Shown: positions 58,701 through 64,000 of the stretch, piece after piece
How positions within the stretch are numbered: position 1 is the first letter of the stretch
Layout of the letters: every line of letters begins with the position of its first letter
NCBI GenBank assembly: GCA_963737065.1
Contig: CAVTRC010000001.1
Location: 1,632,001-1,696,000, forward strand
Source: Candidatus Eremiobacteria bacterium
GTDB lineage: Bacteria > Vulcanimicrobiota > Vulcanimicrobiia > Vulcanimicrobiales > Vulcanimicrobiaceae
Length of the DNA: 64,000 nt
Direction of reading: 5' to 3'
The notes under the pieces: generated by a model
Told to the model about the DNA's origin: nothing
What the model saw: the letters and a program-made list of their open reading frames with translations, nothing else
Database searches by the model: none
Made by a program: the position numbers and the translations under genes

Positions 58701-58719
58701 TTTGCGAGAATCATCGCTG

Positions 58720-59238
58720 ATGCTAGCGTTCGTCGGCCCAAGCGTTTTCTCGGCGCTCGTGCTCGCCGCTGTGCAGCAGCCGGCGGTACCCGTGCCCCAG
58801 GCGTCGGCCGCGCCATCCCTCGCTGACGCAAGCGCCTGGATTGCCGCGCACCTACCATCCCGATATGACGAAAATCTTGCTGGAACGACAAACACCATCG
58901 ACGCGCACTATTCCGCCAAGGGCTGCGATATCACGGTTACGCTCGGCTTTTCTTGGCAGTTCAATAGCCTGAGAGACTCCGACCGGTCTGCGGCGTTCAG
59001 CGTTCGGGGCAATGCGGCGGCAGGCCACCACTTCGACGTTTCGGACGATGGCGGAACGATCGACTTCTCAATCGTTGATCCCTCGTCGCTGCGCATATCG
59101 GACGCCACCGAGTACCTCGGAACGGAACAAATTACGCCGGGCAGTTTCGAATTCACGTTCCGCAACGAAGCCGACGCCAAAGCGATGCTCGACGCTATGG
59201 CGTCCTTTACTCGAGCCTGCTCTTCCTATAGGAGCTGA
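58720..59238 (+). CDS. Secreted hypothetical protein
   Basis: Hydrophobic N-terminus; stop overlaps the next start. Confidence 0.55.
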   Translation: MLAFVGPSVFSALVLAAVQQPAVPVPQASAAPSLADASAWIAAHLPSRYDENLAGTTNTIDAHYSAKGCDITVTLGFSWQFNSLRDSDRSAAFSVRGNAAAGHHFDVSDDGGTIDFSIVDPSSLRISDATEYLGTEQITPGSFEFTFRNEADAKAMLDAMASFTRACSSYRS

Positions 59239-60266
59239 TGTGCGTGCTCCGTAAGCGCTTCATTGCCGTCGCTTCCGCCGCAGCCGCGGCAACCGCCTTA
59301 CCGGCACGCGGGTCCGTGGTCGTGCCGGACTTCCGGTATCAGAGCGCGTTGTGGTTCAATTTGCACCACACGCTCTTCTTTCACGCGTATACTCTAAAGG
59401 CCGCAACGAGGGGAACCGCACAGTTTTCGGCTCTCGAGCGCGCAGCGTATGACGAAGCAAAAACGATGCTCTCGGACAACGACCTCAACTGGAACGAAGC
59501 GCTCGACACGTATCGCAAGAACTACGCAGCGCTCGATTTCGTCTTCGATGCGAGCATGACAAACGCCGACAACGCGTTGGCGACCGTCGGCGATTCCGAA
59601 AGCAGCTTTCCGCGAGCAGTACCGCGACCGATGCAGGATGCGCTGACGCAAGGCGCCCCCGCATACCGGGCGTTACTGTGGCAGAAACACACCTCGCAAA
59701 ACGAAAATCTTATCGTATCGTTGCGGACTTCCATAGCACCGTATGATACTCGTTTTGCGTCCGAACTAACGCGGATCTACCAGACGCCGTTTCTCGAAGG
59801 ACCGTACATCGTAGACGTTGTTGCGTATACGGATTGGGCGGGATCGTACAGTAATATGGGCGATACGTTCGTTCATATTCCGATCTCTTCGGAGGATCCG
59901 ACCAACGATGGTCTCTCGGGCGTCGACGTGCTGTTTCACGAAGCGTCTCACTCGATCGTCGATCCGCAGTATGGAACGATCGGCTCAGCAATCACGCGGC
60001 AAGCCAAACGGCTTGGAAGAAAGCCGCCGGATCAATTTTGGCATGCCTTGATCATGTACACACCGGGAAAACTTGCAGAACAATGGTTCAGCAGGCCCGG
60101 CCATCCGTACACGATGGTATGGATTCGGCTGGGGCTGTTCACCCGCGTGTGGCCAGCGTATTACGCCGCCTTCGAGCGCCACTGGTTTCCATACATGAGC
60201 GGACGCGGAACGATGGACGACGCTATCGCGGGCTGCCTTCGACAAATTTATATGGCCGGCGCGTAG
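59238..60266 (+). CDS. Exported putative zinc metalloprotease-like protein
   Basis: AGGAG RBS; RKRF + Ala-rich signal; LFHEASH (HExxH). Confidence 0.6.
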   Translation: MCVLRKRFIAVASAAAAATALPARGSVVVPDFRYQSALWFNLHHTLFFHAYTLKAATRGTAQFSALERAAYDEAKTMLSDNDLNWNEALDTYRKNYAALDFVFDASMTNADNALATVGDSESSFPRAVPRPMQDALTQGAPAYRALLWQKHTSQNENLIVSLRTSIAPYDTRFASELTRIYQTPFLEGPYIVDVVAYTDWAGSYSNMGDTFVHIPISSEDPTNDGLSGVDVLFHEASHSIVDPQYGTIGSAITRQAKRLGRKPPDQFWHALIMYTPGKLAEQWFSRPGHPYTMVWIRLGLFTRVWPAYYAAFERHWFPYMSGRGTMDDAIAGCLRQIYMAGA

Positions 60267-60272
60267 GCCGTC

Positions 60273-60635
60273 TTACTCCACCGGCCCACTATCGGGAACG
60301 GCGCGCATAATTTCGTGGGCTACAGCATTTGCGTCGGGAACCTGGACCGCAATGTGCGGATAGCGCTCGCCTTGCGTCTCGAGCACGAGACAATCGCCGT
60401 GACCGACGTCCGCGAAGATGAGGCCTTGCGGATTCGCGAAAACGCCCGCCGATTTGATCAGTCCCCAGTTCGTTCCCTCGAGTTTGTATTGCAGCTCCAA
60501 ATCCTCGAGATCGCTGACGTATGCATTCGTGACATGCGCTAAGGGGATGTGGAACGAGCCGTGAAAAGCAAGCATTCTGTCGATGAGCGAGAGGTTGATC
60601 GTGAGTGTATCGCCCTCGATCTTCACGTGCGCCAA
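60273..60635 (-). CDS. Hypothetical protein (PH-like)
   Basis: AGGGAG RBS + TTG; IPLAHV...GT pattern. Confidence 0.6.
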   Translation of the reverse strand: MAHVKIEGDTLTINLSLIDRMLAFHGSFHIPLAHVTNAYVSDLEDLELQYKLEGTNWGLIKSAGVFANPQGLIFADVGHGDCLVLETQGERYPHIAVQVPDANAVAHEIMRAVPDSGPVE

Positions 60636-60696
60636 AGTACTCTCCCTGAGAAGTCTGTCGGGATTCGAGGTTCGTTCGGCGAATGACGGCCCTCCC

Positions 60697-61272
60697 ATGC
60701 GAGTAGGGCTGACGGGTGGCATCGGATCGGGCAAGAGCGAGGTCGCCCGAATCTTTGAAGAACTCGGCGCATTCATCATCGACACGGACGTGCTCGCACG
60801 CGAGGCGGTTGCCCCGCGTTCGGACGGCTTGATGGCTATAGCGCGCGCATGGCCGGGCGTCGTGCGCAGCGGCGCACTCGACCGTACCGCGCTCGCCGAA
60901 ATCGTCTTTAGCGACCGTAAAGCGCGCGAGCGTTTGAACTCGATCGTGCATCCATTCGTGCGGCGATTGGCGCGCGAGCGTGAGAAACACTCGCATCCGG
61001 GGCAACTCATCGTACATGTGGTCCCGCTGCTTTTTGAGACCGGTTACGGAGCGCTCGTCGATAAATCCGTGCTCGTCGTTTCACCGCTCGACGAACGCAT
61101 CGCGCGTGTGGTACAGCGCGATCACGTCGACGAAGCCCACGTACGCGCGCGAATGGTGACGCAAGTCGATCCCGAGCAAGCGCGTAAAGTCGCCGACTAT
61201 GTAATCGAAAACGACGGCAACCTCGGCCATTTGCGGGAACGGACGACTCGCGTTTACCGGGAGCTCGTGTAG
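60697..61272 (+). CDS. coaE: Dephospho-CoA kinase
   Basis: VGLTGGIGSGKS, IVHP, PLLFE, ADYVIEN. Confidence 0.95.
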   Translation: MRVGLTGGIGSGKSEVARIFEELGAFIIDTDVLAREAVAPRSDGLMAIARAWPGVVRSGALDRTALAEIVFSDRKARERLNSIVHPFVRRLAREREKHSHPGQLIVHVVPLLFETGYGALVDKSVLVVSPLDERIARVVQRDHVDEAHVRARMVTQVDPEQARKVADYVIENDGNLGHLRERTTRVYRELV

Positions 61273-61278
61273 CGCACG

Positions 61279-63147
61279 ATGCTTTACGACGATCTCGGTG
61301 CGCACCGTCGAACCATTGATGGCGTTGACGGCGTCGAATTTGCGGTGTGGGCTCCGAGCGCGAGCGCCGCGTCCGTCGTCGGCGACTTCAACGGCTGGCA
61401 TCGCGATGCAAATCCGATGCATGTCGAGCATGCGCGCGGCATTTGGCACGCGTTCGTCCCGGTCGCGCGCGTAGGGCACCGCTATAAGTACGCGGTGCGC
61501 TCGCAACACGGGCATTGGCTCCCGCTCAAAGCAGACCCGTTCGCGTTCGAAAGCGAGTTGCGGCCGAGCACCGCGTCGGTTGTTGCGGATCTTCCGCATC
61601 GAGACCCGGATGCATGGCTCGACCGTCGCGAGTCGGAACAGCGGCGCGAATCGCCGATTGCGATTTACGAAGTGCACCCCGGTTCATGGCGTCGGGTGCC
61701 CGAAGAAGGGAACCGGTTTCTCACGTACGACGAACTCGCGGATCAGCTCATTCCGTATGTCAAATGGATGGGGTTCACGCACGTTGAGTTCATGCCCGTC
61801 TCGGAACATCCGTTTGATGGATCGTGGGGGTATCAGCCGATCGGGCTGTTCGCGCCGACCTCGCGCTTCGGCACGCCCGATGGGTTTCGCCGGTTCGTCG
61901 ACCGCGCGCACAGCGAAGGCATCGGCATCATCCTCGATTGGGTCGCCGGACATTTCCCGAACGACGAACACGGTCTTGCGCTCTTTGACGGCACGCATCT
62001 CTACGAACACGCCGATCCGCGCCAAGGGTGGCATCCCGATTGGGATACGTACATCTTCAACTTCGGGCGTCACGAAGTCGCGGACTATCTGATTGACAAC
62101 GCGATCTTCTGGCTGCGCGAATATGAGATCGACGGATTGCGCGTCGACGCCGTTGCGTCGATGCTGTATCTCGACTATAGCCGAAAAGCCGGCGAATGGG
62201 TTCCGAACCGGTACGGCGGACGCGAGAACCTCGAAGCGATCGACTTTTTGAAGCGGATGAACGAGACCGTGTATCGCGAGATGCCCGGCATCATGACGAT
62301 TGCGGAAGAGTCGACGGCCTGGCCGAAGGTTTCGGCGCCGACGTATCTCGGCGGACTCGGGTTCGGCTACAAATGGAACATGGGCTGGATGCACGACACG
62401 CTGCAGTACATGTCGCACGAGCCGGTGCATCGTAAGTACCACATGAACGAGCTGACGTTTTCTCTTGTCTACGCATGGGACGAAAATTTCGTCCTTCCGC
62501 TCTCGCACGATGAAGTCGTGCACGGCAAAGGCTCCATTCTGTCGAAGATGCCGGGCGACGACTGGCAGAAGTTCGCGAACGTTCGTTTGTTATATGCGTA
62601 TATGTACGCGCACCCGGGCAAGAAGCTGCTTTTCATGGGCGACGAGTTCGCGCAGTGGCGCGAGTGGAATCACGACCGCAGTCTGGAGTGGGATTGCGTA
62701 CACAGCGGTTTTCACGGCGGCGTCCAGCGGCTGGTGCGTGATTTGAATCAATTGTATACGTCGCTGCCGCCGTTGTACGAAAGGGACGCGTATCGCGACG
62801 GCTTCGAATGGATCGATTATCAGGATGTCGAGAATTCGGTCATTTCGTTCGTACGCAAGGGGAACGACTTCAAGGCCGACTTTGTCGTTATCGCGTGCAA
62901 CTTCACCCCGGTCGTACGCCACTGCTACCGCATCGGCGTCCCCGACGCGCTCGCATATGACGAAGTCCTGAACACGGACGCGGCGATCTATGCGGGCAGC
63001 AACGTCGGCAATCTCGGACGCGTCGAAGTCGAACGGGTAACGTCGCACGGGCGCGCGCAATCGATTGCGCTCACGGTTCCTCCGCTCGCCGCGGTCTATC
63101 TGCGTCCGGTACTCGCGGATTCGCGCGTTGAGCGCGAATCCATATGA
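61279..63147 (+). CDS. glgB: 1,4-alpha-glucan branching enzyme
   Basis: [37 protein letters not shown]. Confidence 0.97.
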   Translation: MLYDDLGAHRRTIDGVDGVEFAVWAPSASAASVVGDFNGWHRDANPMHVEHARGIWHAFVPVARVGHRYKYAVRSQHGHWLPLKADPFAFESELRPSTASVVADLPHRDPDAWLDRRESEQRRESPIAIYEVHPGSWRRVPEEGNRFLTYDELADQLIPYVKWMGFTHVEFMPVSEHPFDGSWGYQPIGLFAPTSRFGTPDGFRRFVDRAHSEGIGIILDWVAGHFPNDEHGLALFDGTHLYEHADPRQGWHPDWDTYIFNFGRHEVADYLIDNAIFWLREYEIDGLRVDAVASMLYLDYSRKAGEWVPNRYGGRENLEAIDFLKRMNETVYREMPGIMTIAEESTAWPKVSAPTYLGGLGFGYKWNMGWMHDTLQYMSHEPVHRKYHMNELTFSLVYAWDENFVLPLSHDEVVHGKGSILSKMPGDDWQKFANVRLLYAYMYAHPGKKLLFMGDEFAQWREWNHDRSLEWDCVHSGFHGGVQRLVRDLNQLYTSLPPLYERDAYRDGFEWIDYQDVENSVISFVRKGNDFKADFVVIACNFTPVVRHCYRIGVPDALAYDEVLNTDAAIYAGSNVGNLGRVEVERVTSHGRAQSIALTVPPLAAVYLRPVLADSRVERESI

Positions 63148-64000
63148 GGGTCCTCGGCCGCGCCGCAGTTCTTCCCGGGCGCCCCTATCCGCTTGGCGCG
63201 ACATGGGACGGCAGCGGCGTCAACTTCGCGCTCTTCTCCGAAAACGCGGAGAAGGTCGAGTTGTGCATGTTCGATTCGCGCGGCGTTCGCGAATTGCGGC
63301 GCGTCGTCTTACCGGAGTATACCGATCAAGTCTGGCACGGGTATCTCCCGGAGATCGAACGCGGCACGCTCTACGGCTATCGTGTCTATGGCCCATACGA
63401 TCCCGACCGCGGCCAACGCTTCAACCATCACAAGCTGCTGCTCGATCCGTATGCAAAGCAATTCTATGGGCACGTGCGATGGACCGATGCAAACTTCGGC
63501 TATCGTCTAGGCTCGTCGCGTGGCGATCTGTCGTTCGACCGGCGCGATAACGCGGCAGCAATGCCGAAATGCGTCGTCGTCGATACCGCATTCACCTGGG
63601 GTGACGATCGCCGGCTCTACACGCGCTGGCACGAATTGATCGTCTACGAATTACACGTCCGCGGCTATACGATCAAGCATCCAATGGTCTCGCCCGAATT
63701 GCGCGGCACCTTCGCCGGCCTTTCAACGCCGTCGATCGTCGAATACCTCGTCCGGCTCGGCATCAACGCGGTCGAATTGATGCCGGTTCAAGCGTTCGTC
63801 GACGACCGTCATCTGGTGGAACGGCGTTTGCGCAACTACTGGGGCTACAATTCCATCGGCTTCTTCGCCCCCGATCCGCGGTACCTGTCCGGGACGTCGC
63901 TCGGGGAATTCAAGACGATGGTCAAGCGGTTGCACGAAGCGGGAATCGAAGTGATTCTCGACGTTGTTTACAATCACACTGCGGAAGGCAATCATCTCGG
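63144..64000 (+). CDS. glgX: Glycogen debranching enzyme GlgX (runs off the window)
   Basis: Manual translation: [25 protein letters not shown]...KLLLDPYA...[13 protein letters not shown]...[11 protein letters not shown]. Confidence 0.95.
   Translation, partial: MRVLGRAAVLPGRPYPLGATWDGSGVNFALFSENAEKVELCMFDSRGVRELRRVVLPEYTDQVWHGYLPEIERGTLYGYRVYGPYDPDRGQRFNHHKLLLDPYAKQFYGHVRWTDANFGYRLGSSRGDLSFDRRDNAAAMPKCVVVDTAFTWGDDRRLYTRWHELIVYELHVRGYTIKHPMVSPELRGTFAGLSTPSIVEYLVRLGINAVELMPVQAFVDDRHLVERRLRNYWGYNSIGFFAPDPRYLSGTSLGEFKTMVKRLHEAGIEVILDVVYNHTAEGNHL

Overview
GC-rich bacterial chromosomal window, almost entirely coding. The gene set suggests a soil Terrabacterium such as Vulcanimicrobiota/Eremiobacterota (inference, not established). 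Main content: ftsE-ftsX-histidine kinase-REC/GGDEF operon; rmuC; a DsrE-like + TsdA-like cytochrome pair; a single-gene lipoyl-lipoyl-E3-binding-E2-E1 2-oxoglutarate dehydrogenase; Lrp-kdd-kamA lysine catabolism; a hopanoid cluster (hpnK, hpnI, prenyl synthase, idi-2, hpnCDE, shc, hpnH, hpnA, hpnG); pntA1-A2-B; polA...mutM-rpsA...coaE; glgB-glgX. The most striking signal is a small GIY-YIG nuclease gene (4823-5125) bracketed by a perfect 27-bp inverted repeat. The outer ends of that repeat are amplified into tandem arrays (9x22 bp left, 4x20 bp right), and an empty degenerate copy of the same repeat pair lies at 17057-17109, giving a REPtron/REPIN-like system apparently tied to a GIY-YIG nuclease. 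rpsA has no canonical start for its first S1 domain (probable ATC start). Four conserved genes carry single-base frameshifts, probably assembly indels. No rRNA, tRNA or CRISPR array was recognised.
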